From an uncultured virus (IMG/VR IMGVR_UViG_3300047474_000681) (taxonomy: Duplodnaviria; Heunggongvirae; Uroviricota; Caudoviricetes): a stretch of 60,264 nt of DNA. Of the stretch, positions 29,575 to 39,349 are shown in pieces (within the stretch, counting starts at the first letter, position 1; each line of letters starts with the position of its first letter). The stretch is from IMG/VR virus record IMGVR_UViG_3300047474_000681; one strand, written 5' to 3'. The notes under the pieces are model-generated. The model ran no database searches. It was not told the DNA's origin and saw only the letters and a list, made by a program, of their open reading frames with translations. The position numbers were made by a program, and so were the translations under genes.

Positions 29575-29954
29575 TGGCAAGAACTAAAAGCGATACAACA
29601 ACAGACGCAAGATCATTATCAACAGAACCGACTCCGGAATATTACAAAAACTTTTTTGAATTAGATATTAATTATAATCCGGAAGAAGTTGATGCAACTA
29701 TTGGTTACTTCTTAAAAAGAGGTTTTGATAAAGTAGCAGCTATAAACACTGCAAGCGTATTATTACAACAAGCAAAAATAGATAACTTAAATGTTCAAGC
29801 ATTATTAGACACGTTAAAAGGTGTTACAGATGTACAATTAAGTGTTATTGTAGCTCAAATTTTAAATCTCAATAGATCAAAAACTAGTGCGTTAGGTTTC
29901 AAAGATCAAAAATTAAACTATGAATTATTTGATCAAAGAAATGTTGTAATATGA
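29574..29954 (+). CDS. Hypothetical protein
   Basis: 126-aa ORF, SD AGGAG, coupled to the upstream gene. Confidence 0.5.
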   Translation: MARTKSDTTTDARSLSTEPTPEYYKNFFELDINYNPEEVDATIGYFLKRGFDKVAAINTASVLLQQAKIDNLNVQALLDTLKGVTDVQLSVIVAQILNLNRSKTSALGFKDQKLNYELFDQRNVVI

Positions 29955-29955
29955 T

Positions 29956-30393
29956 ATGGCACATTTTGCACAAGGCAAATTTACTCTAAAAAATCCTAAA
30001 AAATATATGGGTAATAAAACACCAACGTATAGATCAGGTTGGGAGTTTACATTCATGAAATTTTGTGACGAACATCCTAGTGTCAGTCAATGGGCAAGTG
30101 AATCAATACGTATCCCCTACAGAAATCCACTAACAGGAAAGCAAACAATATATGTTCCTGATTTTTTTATTGTATATGCTGACAAAAATGGAAAGCAACG
30201 TGTTGAGTTAGTTGAAGTTAAACCTAGCTCGCAAGCACTAAAAGAAAAATTAGGAAAAAGCAGACATAATCAAGCACATTATATTGTTAATCAAGCAAAG
30301 TGGGAAGCAGCTAGAGCATGGTGTAAACAAAAGGGTGTATATTTCCGTATTGTTACTGAACAGGATATTTTTCATAATGGTCGTAGAAGATAA
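29956..30393 (+). CDS. gp4: Head completion protein (T4 gp4-like, TnsA-type nuclease fold)
   Basis: GKF..KNPKKY.G, YRSGWE..FM..CD, WASE...IPY, YVPDF, EVKP, NQAKWEAA. Confidence 0.88.
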   Translation: MAHFAQGKFTLKNPKKYMGNKTPTYRSGWEFTFMKFCDEHPSVSQWASESIRIPYRNPLTGKQTIYVPDFFIVYADKNGKQRVELVEVKPSSQALKEKLGKSRHNQAHYIVNQAKWEAARAWCKQKGVYFRIVTEQDIFHNGRRR

Positions 30394-30422
30394 ATAATAG
30401 TAGCATATAATGGATTGGAACC

Positions 30423-30929
30423 ATGACTAAAAAATTAGAAGATCTTCTTAATTTGCCTGACGCAAAAGAAATTATACAAGAAGCAGAAGCTCAAGAAGAA
30501 GAACAACAAAAATATGAAATAGAAGAAACTAATAAAACTATGCGTGACATTGCAGAGTTTGATAAAATTAGTTCAGCACTTCCGCAAGTGAAAGGCTTAG
30601 GCGACATGGCCGATAAGGAGCTTAATGAAGTTGCAAACAAAGCTATGACAGCATACGAGGATCTAATGGATTTAGGTATGAATGTAGAACAGCGTTATAG
30701 TGGTAGAGTATTTGAAGTTGCTGGAACCTTTCTTAAAACAGGGCTAGATGCTAAAGTTGCAAAACTAGACAAAAAACTTAAAATGGTAGAACTGCAACTT
30801 AAAAAAGAAAAAATGGATAAAGACGGAAAAGTTGGCCCTGATGACGGTATGATCAACGGCGAAGGATATGTAGTTACTGATAGAAACAGTCTATTAGAGA
30901 AACTAAAAGGCCTTGATAAAGATAAATAA
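30423..30929 (+). CDS. Terminase small subunit-like protein
   Basis: Helical; GRVFEVAGTFLK resembles the gp16 'R.YEV...L.K' motif; lies near the large terminase; ATAAATA at 30390-96. Confidence 0.55.
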   Translation: MTKKLEDLLNLPDAKEIIQEAEAQEEEQQKYEIEETNKTMRDIAEFDKISSALPQVKGLGDMADKELNEVANKAMTAYEDLMDLGMNVEQRYSGRVFEVAGTFLKTGLDAKVAKLDKKLKMVELQLKKEKMDKDGKVGPDDGMINGEGYVVTDRNSLLEKLKGLDKDK

Positions 30930-30955
30930 TACATATAGGACAGGATCATTGCACA

Positions 30956-31516
30956 ATGAGATCATTTAAAGAAATATTAACAGAATCAAAAAAGACATAC
31001 GAATTTAAAATTGGTATTGCTGGACCAGATTGTACGCCCGAGTGTGTAGAAAGAATGGAAACTGCACTAAAGAAATACAGTGTTGTAAATATTACGCCAG
31101 GCAAGAAAACACCAATCCAGGAACGTCCTTTAGATTTTCCACAATTACAAAATATGGAAGTTACTTACTTTGAAGCAGAAGTTGAATATCCAACTACTAG
31201 TCAAGTACTACAAGAATATATAGGTCGTTGTTGTGGACTTGATCAAGCATATATTATTGTACGTAATGCTAATGATCCAAGAGAAGAATATCAAGAAACC
31301 AAAGACGATGCTCCGTATGAAGCAATGCTTACAAAAGAAGATATGGGCGGCGAGTCTGCCCAAGATAACGTTGCAGGGAATCGTGTTATGGATTTATTAA
31401 AAGAATTAGAAATAGCTCGCAAAGAAAATGAACACAGTGGTGCTGAAGGTGCACCAGTTGGAGAGTCATCTGACATTAGCGATGTAGAAAATACTAAAGC
31501 AGTTGTAGGAGGCTGA
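30956..31516 (+). CDS. Hypothetical virion protein
   Basis: MRSFKEILTES N-terminus resembles T4 capsid-targeting leaders; ATAAATA at 30922-28. Confidence 0.5.
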   Translation: MRSFKEILTESKKTYEFKIGIAGPDCTPECVERMETALKKYSVVNITPGKKTPIQERPLDFPQLQNMEVTYFEAEVEYPTTSQVLQEYIGRCCGLDQAYIIVRNANDPREEYQETKDDAPYEAMLTKEDMGGESAQDNVAGNRVMDLLKELEIARKENEHSGAEGAPVGESSDISDVENTKAVVGG

Positions 31517-31520
31517 GAAT

Positions 31521-32363
31521 ATGAGTATGAAAAAATTAATTGAATCAATGGATCATATTGAAGAATGTGGAATGAACGAAGATCCTATGCCAACTGCTAT
31601 GCCAGGTGCTGATGCCGGACAACCAGTATCAATGAATGTAAGCATTAATGCTAGTGGTAAAGATCATGTAGCTGATCTTATTAACATGATGAAAAATGCA
31701 GGCATGCCAGCAGCAGAACCAGTTGGTGCTCCAAGTTTAGGTATGCGTGGCGATATGGAAAAGTTCCGTTCAGCAATGGATGATGATCCAGAAATTCCAG
31801 GCGATGATGATAATCCAGATGATCAAGATTTAAAAGCAGGAACGTTAGGTGCTATTGGAGGTGGCGCTTTAGGAATGGCTCTAGGCGGACCACTAGGAGC
31901 ATTGACAGGTGCAGCAGCAGGCGATTCATTAACTGATGAAGAACTTGCTACAGAAGACGATCTTGAAGAATATGCAAACGAACCTGATCCACAGTACGGT
32001 GACACGAGCGATGCTATTCCAGATGGCAATGATTTAAACCGCAAGAAGAAAGCATACCCTGCTACACAAGATGGCGATAACCCAATGGCTGTTGAAGCAA
32101 TCAAAGCAACACTAATGGCAGCACTAAGTGAAAAGAAAAAGCCAGACACAAATAAGAATGGTATTCCTGATTATGCAGAAGACGGCAAAGGTCCAAACGA
32201 TCTTGCTAAAGGCAAAAAAGGTAGCAAGCCTAAAAAAGGTGAAGTACCTCCACAGTTTAAGAAAAAAGGTACTGACGAAGGCGGTCAAACAAAAGACTGT
32301 CCAAAGTGCGGCGCACCAGGTAAAAAAGAATTAATGGCGTGTTCAAGCTGCGGTTGTAGCTAA
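31521..32363 (+). CDS. Acidic low-complexity internal-head-like protein with glycine zipper and C-terminal Zn ribbon
   Basis: MKKLIES start; GAIGGGALGMALGGPLGALTGAAAG; DTNKNGIPD; CPKCG...CSSCGC. Confidence 0.5.
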   Translation: MSMKKLIESMDHIEECGMNEDPMPTAMPGADAGQPVSMNVSINASGKDHVADLINMMKNAGMPAAEPVGAPSLGMRGDMEKFRSAMDDDPEIPGDDDNPDDQDLKAGTLGAIGGGALGMALGGPLGALTGAAAGDSLTDEELATEDDLEEYANEPDPQYGDTSDAIPDGNDLNRKKKAYPATQDGDNPMAVEAIKATLMAALSEKKKPDTNKNGIPDYAEDGKGPNDLAKGKKGSKPKKGEVPPQFKKKGTDEGGQTKDCPKCGAPGKKELMACSSCGCS

Positions 32364-32382
32364 AGTTCCTCCCAGCAAACTC

Positions 32383-32409
32383 AATAGGCTCTTCGGAGCC
32401 TATTTTTTT
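32383..32409 (+). terminator. Rho-independent terminator with cUUCGg tetraloop
   Basis: AATAGGCTC-TTCG-GAGCCTATT plus T-run. Confidence 0.9.
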
Positions 32410-32423
32410 CAATAAATATACGT

Positions 32424-34004
32424 ATGGCAGCATCATTAGACGGCGTCTTAATTAAAAAGGCGAACAAACAAGAAACTTTTACTGAAGAGCAAATTCAGGA
32501 CCTTACAGCCTGTATGGATCCTAACGAAGGATACTTACATTTTGCTCGGCACTTTGCATATATACAACATCCTGTAAGAGGTAAGTTGATATTTGATCCT
32601 TACGAATACCAACTGCGTCTAATGCACAGTTATCACACTTACCGTTTTAATATTAACATGATGCCTAGGCAAACAGGCAAAACTACATGTGCTAGTATCT
32701 ATCTTGCATGGTATGCAATGTTTAACCCAGACCAAACAATTCTTGTTGCTGCACACAAATACACAGGTGCGCAAGAAATTATGGCACGTATACGTTATGT
32801 ATATGAAACATGTCCTGACCATATTAGAGCAGGCGTTACGTCATACAACAAACAATCAATTGAGTTTGAAAATGGATCACGTATTGTAGCACAGACTACA
32901 ACGGGAAATACAGGACGTGGTATGTCCATATCATTACTATACTGTGACGAGTTTGCATTTGTGCAGCCCAACATTGCAGAAGAGTTTTGGACATCAATAT
33001 CTCCTACACTAGCAACAGGTGGTCGTGCTATTATTACTAGTACACCTAACTCAGATGAAGATACATTTGCTACTATTTGGAAACAAGCAGAACAAAAGTT
33101 TGATGCACACGGAAATGAACAAGAACTAGGTATAAACGGATTTCATAGTTTTGTTGCTGAATGGCACGAACATCCCGACCGTGATGACAAATGGAAAGAA
33201 GAAGAAATTGGTCGTATTGGCGAGGAGAAGTTTAGACGTGAATACGGTTGTGAATTCCTAGTATTTGATGAAACACTAATTAATTCAATTAAACTTGCTG
33301 TACTTGAAGGTAAAAATCCAATGTTAAATATGGGTCAAACTCGTTGGTACAAAAAGCCTACAAATCAATACACATATGCTGTAGCACTTGATCCTAGTAT
33401 GGGAACAGGTGGAGATTATGCAGCAATACAAGTTTTTGAACTACCGAGCTATGAACAAGTAGCAGAATGGCAACATAATCAAACAGCTATACCCGGCCAA
33501 GTTCGTGTACTATCTGACATATGTAAATACTTAGAACAAGAAACTAACAATCCTCAAGGCATATACTGGAGTGTAGAAAACAACGGTATTGGCGAAGCAT
33601 GTCTAATTGTTATTAATGATTTTGGCGAAGAGAACATACCTGGACTTTTTGTAAGCGAACCTATGCGTAAGGGACATGTAAGAAAGTTCCGCAAAGGATT
33701 TAATACTACACATAGTTCAAAAGTTACAGCATGTAGCAGACTAAAAACTATGGTTGAAAATGATAAAATGACAGTTAATTCAAAGTCATTTATTAGCGAA
33801 CTAAAAGGATTTATTGCAACAGGCTCGAGTTATCAAGCAAAGCCTGGTTTATCTGATGATCTTGTTAGCGCAACATTACTTGCAATAAGGATGATGGATG
33901 TATTAAAAGATTGGGATCCTAGAGTATATAATACTTTTACACAAGCAGAAGATTTAGAAGATTACGAAGCACCCATGCCAATCTTCATTAGCAGCAACTA
34001 TTGA
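32424..34004 (+). CDS. gp17: Terminase large subunit (gp17-like)
   Basis: YQ motif, PRQTGKTT Walker A, LLYCDEFAF Walker B, ITSTPN, FRREYGCEF, LDPSMG..GDY, DDLV. Confidence 0.95.
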   Translation: MAASLDGVLIKKANKQETFTEEQIQDLTACMDPNEGYLHFARHFAYIQHPVRGKLIFDPYEYQLRLMHSYHTYRFNINMMPRQTGKTTCASIYLAWYAMFNPDQTILVAAHKYTGAQEIMARIRYVYETCPDHIRAGVTSYNKQSIEFENGSRIVAQTTTGNTGRGMSISLLYCDEFAFVQPNIAEEFWTSISPTLATGGRAIITSTPNSDEDTFATIWKQAEQKFDAHGNEQELGINGFHSFVAEWHEHPDRDDKWKEEEIGRIGEEKFRREYGCEFLVFDETLINSIKLAVLEGKNPMLNMGQTRWYKKPTNQYTYAVALDPSMGTGGDYAAIQVFELPSYEQVAEWQHNQTAIPGQVRVLSDICKYLEQETNNPQGIYWSVENNGIGEACLIVINDFGEENIPGLFVSEPMRKGHVRKFRKGFNTTHSSKVTACSRLKTMVENDKMTVNSKSFISELKGFIATGSSYQAKPGLSDDLVSATLLAIRMMDVLKDWDPRVYNTFTQAEDLEDYEAPMPIFISSNY

Positions 34005-34014
34005 TAAATACAAT

Positions 34015-36378
34015 ATGAACGAGTTTGACAAAATAAGTGAAGATCTTTTTAATAAGATACGTGGACGTTTTCCAAATGTTACTATTGGAGATGCAGCCGG
34101 CAATGTAACTAACCAACCTGAAGTTGCAAGATTTTTTGATTTTGATTATAATGGGTTAGGTAATGTAAGTGTAAGCATTGACGAGGATGACGGTTTAACC
34201 ATAATTTATAGCAAAGAATTTATTAGCAATGAAGATACGCTGGCTAAACAAGATTGGTACTCATTTTTAAAAGAGTTAAGATATTTTGCAAAGAAGAGAA
34301 TGTTAGACTATAGCGTAAGAGACATCACTAAATCAAACTTACAAAAAAGAGATTATAGATTTTTAGCAAAAACTTCTGGGGAAGAAAAGATGACAGAATC
34401 AAAACTTTATGGCACTAGCCGTATTAGCTATCAAAAAGTTGGTGAAGCACGTATTGTGATTAAACATACAGAAGGTATTAATCAGGAAAGTGCAACAGGA
34501 CGCACACAAAAAATTGGCAAAATTTATATTGAAAGCGCCGACGGTGAAAGATTCCGTTATCCATTTAAACATCTTAGTGGTGCTAGAGCAATGGCAAGAC
34601 ACGTTGCAGAAGGCGGTAACACATATGACGACTTTGGTAAACACATTGTAGGTTTATCAGAAGAAATGGCAAAACTACGCAAGTTTAAAAACTACATGGG
34701 TCGTAGTGCTGTAATGGCAGAAAGCCTAGCAGAATATAACGATGCAGTAAAAGAGCGTATTAGCACAGTTAAGAAAACAATTGCATCACTTCAAAAGCCA
34801 GCATACTATGCAGAAGCATTTGCATCATTTGAAACACCAATGATGGAAGATGTGCCAGAAGACGTAAAAGAAAACTGGATTGACGAATTAACTATCAAAC
34901 AGTTTAACGAAGAACTAGCAGATGTATTTCCGTACATTTACAAACTAGTAAGTGAAGCAACAAAAGCACAAGAATTAGGTCCAAAAGAATTAGTAGGCGA
35001 AGCCAGCAAAGGTATTGAAGCTATGAAAAAAGCAGGTAATGCCAAAGCAGGTGCAGAGGAAAAAGATGGCCACGATGATATGGCAACTGCTATTAAGAAA
35101 AAAACAAAAGAAGAAATTGAACTAGAGCAAGGCTTTGAAGAAATGATGGGTCAGTTTAGTGAAGAACGTACAGACGAATTTCTTCCAGCATTAGCTATTC
35201 CTGCATTAATAACTGCGGCAAGAGTAGCAGCACCAAAACTTATACAGATGGGTGCAAAGATACTTACTAAAGGAGCGCAAGGCGCGGGTGCAGTTGCTAA
35301 AGGCGCAGGCAAAGTAGCAGCTAAAAATCCAGGAACCACAGCAGCAGTAGGTGGCGGAGCATATGTTGGCAAAAAAGCAGGCGATGCTATTGATGCAGTA
35401 GGCGATATGGCAGGAGACCTTGCAACTTCAGCAAGTGATTTAATTGCAAAAGCTGAAGGCGGAGTTGAAGCTATTCAGGGTGAGATTTCAGCATTTTTAG
35501 GCGGTGATGCAGTTAAACAAGTTGCAGCAATGGCTTCAAAATATGCACTACCTGCACTAGCAGTAGTTGCATTATTATATGGCGGCAAAAAAGTAATTGA
35601 CATGCTTAAAAGCAACGGCGATGACAATATGCAAACTGCTTCTATGGAAGAAGACGATCTTGAAGAAGCATATATTAATACAAGTAAAGATGCTATTGAA
35701 GTATTGGGCGCACTACGTGGAATGGGCAAAAAGATTGAACGTGGTCAAGACGATGATCAAGGCAACTTAGCAAATGCGTATGTTGGCGATGTATGGGATG
35801 TGTATTCATTTATTGAAGCAAGAACAAATGGGTTTAGCGGACTAGACAAAAATGCCAAAGATGCAATTGACGCAATGATGAAACTACGTGGCGAAGCAAA
35901 GAAACTAGAAACTAAGCCAGGATCAGGTAAAAATGCTCGCTTTGGTAATGCGATTGTAACTGTATTGTATCCTGTAATAGAATATCTATATACAACAGAC
36001 TTTGACAGAAACAAAAAAGAAGACGACACCGATGAAGGCAATGCATATTCAGGTGCTGTAGCACAAGCTAAAAAAGACGGTAAGAAAAAAGGCGACAAAA
36101 TCAAAGGACCAGACGGTGATGAGATTACACTTGAAAAAGATCAAAAGACACCATTAGGCGAATTTATACTAAGTTACTTTGATAGAGAAGCAGGCCAGTT
36201 TCCAAAAGGCGAGACCGCAGTACTTACTATGGTAGAAAAGGACTACGGTGAGCAGTTCATAGAACCTGCTAAGGCATTTATTGAAAAAATCAATAATAAA
36301 GTAGCAGAAATGTATGGGTATAAAGAGGCAGAACAAGACACCGAATATTTAAGAATGAGAGAGTTAGCAGGTTTATAA
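34015..36378 (+). CDS. Large hypothetical virion/internal protein
   Basis: 787 aa; conserved-looking N-terminal half, acidic linkers, hydrophobic Ala/Gly segments, C-terminal LRMRELAGL; late promoter 34004-10. Confidence 0.55.
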   Translation: MNEFDKISEDLFNKIRGRFPNVTIGDAAGNVTNQPEVARFFDFDYNGLGNVSVSIDEDDGLTIIYSKEFISNEDTLAKQDWYSFLKELRYFAKKRMLDYSVRDITKSNLQKRDYRFLAKTSGEEKMTESKLYGTSRISYQKVGEARIVIKHTEGINQESATGRTQKIGKIYIESADGERFRYPFKHLSGARAMARHVAEGGNTYDDFGKHIVGLSEEMAKLRKFKNYMGRSAVMAESLAEYNDAVKERISTVKKTIASLQKPAYYAEAFASFETPMMEDVPEDVKENWIDELTIKQFNEELADVFPYIYKLVSEATKAQELGPKELVGEASKGIEAMKKAGNAKAGAEEKDGHDDMATAIKKKTKEEIELEQGFEEMMGQFSEERTDEFLPALAIPALITAARVAAPKLIQMGAKILTKGAQGAGAVAKGAGKVAAKNPGTTAAVGGGAYVGKKAGDAIDAVGDMAGDLATSASDLIAKAEGGVEAIQGEISAFLGGDAVKQVAAMASKYALPALAVVALLYGGKKVIDMLKSNGDDNMQTASMEEDDLEEAYINTSKDAIEVLGALRGMGKKIERGQDDDQGNLANAYVGDVWDVYSFIEARTNGFSGLDKNAKDAIDAMMKLRGEAKKLETKPGSGKNARFGNAIVTVLYPVIEYLYTTDFDRNKKEDDTDEGNAYSGAVAQAKKDGKKKGDKIKGPDGDEITLEKDQKTPLGEFILSYFDREAGQFPKGETAVLTMVEKDYGEQFIEPAKAFIEKINNKVAEMYGYKEAEQDTEYLRMRELAGL

Positions 36379-36387
36379 TCTGCTAAC
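36363..36387 (+). terminator. Hairpin overlapping the stop codon
   Basis: GTTAGCAG...CTGCTAAC, T-rich sequence downstream. Confidence 0.45.
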
Positions 36388-36426
36388 CCACTTATAAGTT
36401 TTTATGTTTTTTCTTTAAAAAAAGAC

Positions 36427-36454
36427 TTGACAAATATTGTAGCGATGTTATACT
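36427..36454 (+). promoter_or_regulatory. sigma70-like promoter for the SSB/recombination operon
   Basis: TTGACA-16-TATACT with TG one base upstream of the -10. Confidence 0.7.
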
Positions 36455-36535
36455 AATAACTGTGCTACAAAATTAATAGGCACAAAGTAGCAATGTAGCT
36501 ACAAAGCACATAGGCATTTATAGGAGGCACAAACT

Positions 36536-37534
36536 ATGGCATCATTAGCAGAAATCCGAGCAAAGCTCAAAGAACAAGAGAACCGCGCTTCAGGTGGTTC
36601 AAATGGCCCAAGCGGTCCAAACCCAATTTACCCATTTTGGAATATTAAAGAAGGCGAGAGTTGTACTCTACGTTTCCTTCCTGATGGGGACGCAGACAAT
36701 ACTTTCTTTTGGAAAGAGCGTTTAATGATCAAGTTGCCATTTCAAGGCATCAAAGGTGAAACTGATTCACGTCCAGTACAAGTACAAATTCCATGTATGG
36801 AAATGTATGGTGAGACATGTAACATTCTTAATGAAGTACGTGGTTGGTTTAAAGATCCAAGTCTAGAAGATATGGGTCGTAAGTATTGGAAGAAGCGTTC
36901 ATACGTATTCCAAGGCTTTGTTACAGATAATCCACTTGCTGACGATCAAGCGCCAGACAATCCAGTTAGACGCTTTATTATTGGTCCACAGATTTATCAA
37001 ATCATCAAAGCGGCATTAATGGATCCTGATATGGAAGAAATGCCAACAGATTACACTGCTGGTGTAGACTTCCGTCTTAACAAAACATCAAAAGGTGGTT
37101 ATGCAGACTATGGCACATCAAACTGGGCACGTAGAGAGCGTCCATTAAGTGATGAAGAAATGTCAGCTATTAATACGCACGGTTTGTTTAACTTATCAGA
37201 CTTCCTTCCAAAGAAGCCAGACGAGACTGCACAAAAAGTAATGCAAGAAATGTTTGAAGCGTCTGTAGACGGTGAAGCATACGATGCAGATCGCTGGAGT
37301 AATTACTTCCGTCCAGCAGGTATGCAAGCACGTACAGGTGATCCAAATACAGCACCTAGCCCGCAAGCAACTGCTACAAGTGCAAGCGCACCAACAGCTG
37401 AGGCGGCACCGGCAGCACCTGCTCCAGTAGCAGAGGCAGCACCTGCTCCAGCACCAACAGCTGAGGCGGCACCGGCAGAAGGTGGTAATGCTCAAGACAT
37501 CTTAGCGATGATTAGATCACGTCAAGGACAGTAA
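36536..37534 (+). CDS. gp32: Single-stranded DNA-binding protein (gp32-like)
   Basis: LRFLP, KYWKKRSY, GVDFRLNK, YADY..S, Ala/Pro tail; precedes recA/uvsY; SD AGGAGG. Confidence 0.85.
   Translation: MASLAEIRAKLKEQENRASGGSNGPSGPNPIYPFWNIKEGESCTLRFLPDGDADNTFFWKERLMIKLPFQGIKGETDSRPVQVQIPCMEMYGETCNILNEVRGWFKDPSLEDMGRKYWKKRSYVFQGFVTDNPLADDQAPDNPVRRFIIGPQIYQIIKAALMDPDMEEMPTDYTAGVDFRLNKTSKGGYADYGTSNWARRERPLSDEEMSAINTHGLFNLSDFLPKKPDETAQKVMQEMFEASVDGEAYDADRWSNYFRPAGMQARTGDPNTAPSPQATATSASAPTAEAAPAAPAPVAEAAPAPAPTAEAAPAEGGNAQDILAMIRSRQGQ
37388..37478 (+). repeat. 28-nt exact direct repeat in the SSB Ala/Pro linker
   Basis: GCACCAACAGCTGAGGCGGCACCGGCAG at 37388-37415 and 37451-37478. Confidence 0.9.
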
Positions 37535-37539
37535 TAACA

Positions 37540-37559
37540 ATGGGGGAGCAATCCCCCAT
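37540..37559 (+). terminator. GNRA-loop hairpin between the SSB and recA genes
   Basis: ATGGGGGA-GCAA-TCCCCCAT. Confidence 0.65.
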
Positions 37560-37584
37560 ACGCTTTTAATTTAGGAGAATATAT

Positions 37585-38676
37585 ATGGCTAATAAGGCAT
37601 TTGATCCGACTAAGTTTCGGACGGCATTAACTAAGTCTATATCTGGTATGAGTGCAGGATTTAATGATCCTACTGACTGGATTAGCACTGGTAACTATGC
37701 CCTTAACTATCTTATTTCAGGAGACTTTAATAAAGGTGTTCCTATGGGTAAGGTAACAGTATTTGCAGGTGAGTCAGGCGCAGGCAAATCATACATTTGT
37801 GCAGGCAACATTGTAAAAGAAGCACAACAACAAGGTATCTTTGTAGTTCTTATTGACTCAGAGAACGCACTTGACGAATCGTGGCTACATGCACTAGATG
37901 TAGACACATCAGAAGACAAACTACTTAAACTTAACATGTCAATGATTGATGACGTTGCTAAGACTATTAGTACGTTTATGACAGACTACAAAGCAATGAA
38001 CGAAGAGGACCGTCCTAAGGTACTATTTGTTATTGACAGTTTGGGTATGTTGCTAACACCTACTGACGTTGATCAGTTTAACAAGGGTGATATGAAAGGT
38101 GATATGGGCCGTAAGCCTAAGGCATTGACTTCACTTGTTCGTAACACAGTTAACATGATTGGTTCACATAACGTAGGACTTGTATGTACTAATCACACAT
38201 ACGCATCACAAGATATGTTTGATCCAGATGACAAGATCAGTGGTGGACAAGGCTTCATTTATGCATCAAGTATTGTTGTTGCTATGAAGAAACTTAAACT
38301 AAAAGAAGACGAAGATGGTAACAAGATCAGTCAAGTTATGGGTATCCGTGCTGGCTGTAAAGTTATGAAGACTCGTTACGCTAAACCTTTTGAAGGTGTA
38401 CAGGTTAAAATTCCTTATGAAACAGGAATGAATCCTTATAGTGGTTTGCTTGAATTGTTCGAAGCAAAAGACATTATTAAAAAGCAGGGAAACAGACTTG
38501 CGTACACTACACTTGATGGTGAAGAGATCCTTGACTATCGTAAAAAGTGGATTGGTACAAACCTTGATAAGGTTATGTCAGACTATCTTGTAAAAGAGTC
38601 TCAAGTGGTAAATACCGCTGAAGTTGACGAAGAAGCAACTGACGATAATCTTATTGAGGAAGCGTTTAATGAATGA
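37585..38676 (+). CDS. uvsX: RecA/UvsX recombinase
   Basis: ISTGNYALN, AGESGAGKS, IDSENA, VIDSLG, NHTY, SGGQG, KTRY. Confidence 0.93.
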   Translation: MANKAFDPTKFRTALTKSISGMSAGFNDPTDWISTGNYALNYLISGDFNKGVPMGKVTVFAGESGAGKSYICAGNIVKEAQQQGIFVVLIDSENALDESWLHALDVDTSEDKLLKLNMSMIDDVAKTISTFMTDYKAMNEEDRPKVLFVIDSLGMLLTPTDVDQFNKGDMKGDMGRKPKALTSLVRNTVNMIGSHNVGLVCTNHTYASQDMFDPDDKISGGQGFIYASSIVVAMKKLKLKEDEDGNKISQVMGIRAGCKVMKTRYAKPFEGVQVKIPYETGMNPYSGLLELFEAKDIIKKQGNRLAYTTLDGEEILDYRKKWIGTNLDKVMSDYLVKESQVVNTAEVDEEATDDNLIEEAFNE

Positions 38677-38890
38677 AGAGAACATTGCCGACATTTGGAC
38701 TTTGTTTAAGGAATATTTAGACAAAAAACAAATAGAAATTATAGCTGAAAAATTTGTCGATCTTATGGCTGACTACGGAGTTTCTGATCAAACTCTAAAA
38801 GAATCTATGGGATGTGATGCAGCATTAGACGATGCTATTCACTACTATCTAGATTTAGATAACGACGAAGAAGAAGATGAATGGGATTAA
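38669..38890 (+). CDS. Small acidic hypothetical protein
   Basis: MNEENIADIW..., SD GAGG, overlaps the recA stop. Confidence 0.55.
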   Translation: MNEENIADIWTLFKEYLDKKQIEIIAEKFVDLMADYGVSDQTLKESMGCDAALDDAIHYYLDLDNDEEEDEWD

Positions 38891-38893
38891 ATA

Positions 38894-39349
38894 ATGGGAT
38901 GGTATAGCGAAGTAAGCCGCGACATAAGTAGAATACCTGATGCAATAGCACACTTTGAGCAAGAATTAATCCAAGCTCGTGCAGAATGCAAACTTGTAGG
39001 TAATGTTGAGAAGTCTGCGGCTGCTATGCCAGGCCTTGTTGAACACCGTTTTAATCAGTTACAAGAAATTGAAGCAATTTTAAACTACTTAAATATCGAG
39101 CTACGTAGATTGCGTAGCTCGTATTTTAAGAAATATCTTGAAAACTATCAACGAGCTCTGTCAAGCCGTGACGTTGAAAAATACGTAGACGGTGAGGCAG
39201 ACGTTGTTGACTATGAAAAGATTATTAACGAGTTTGCACTCATGCGTAACAAATGGTTAGGTGTTCTTAAAGCACTGGATCAAAAACAATGGCAAATTAC
39301 TAATGTAGTTAAGCTAAGAGTTGCAGGCATGGAAGATGCCTCAATATAG
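38894..39349 (+). CDS. uvsY: Recombination mediator UvsY-like protein
   Basis: Coiled coil; Y...LSSRD..KYVDGE, KQWQITNVVKLR..G; follows uvsX. Confidence 0.75.
   Translation: MGWYSEVSRDISRIPDAIAHFEQELIQARAECKLVGNVEKSAAAMPGLVEHRFNQLQEIEAILNYLNIELRRLRSSYFKKYLENYQRALSSRDVEKYVDGEADVVDYEKIINEFALMRNKWLGVLKALDQKQWQITNVVKLRVAGMEDASI

Noticed and set aside
32424..34004. Intein or intron in terminase, RecA, UvsW or helicase
   Set aside because: Lengths are normal and motifs contiguous; no intein splice-junction or LAGLIDADG motifs seen
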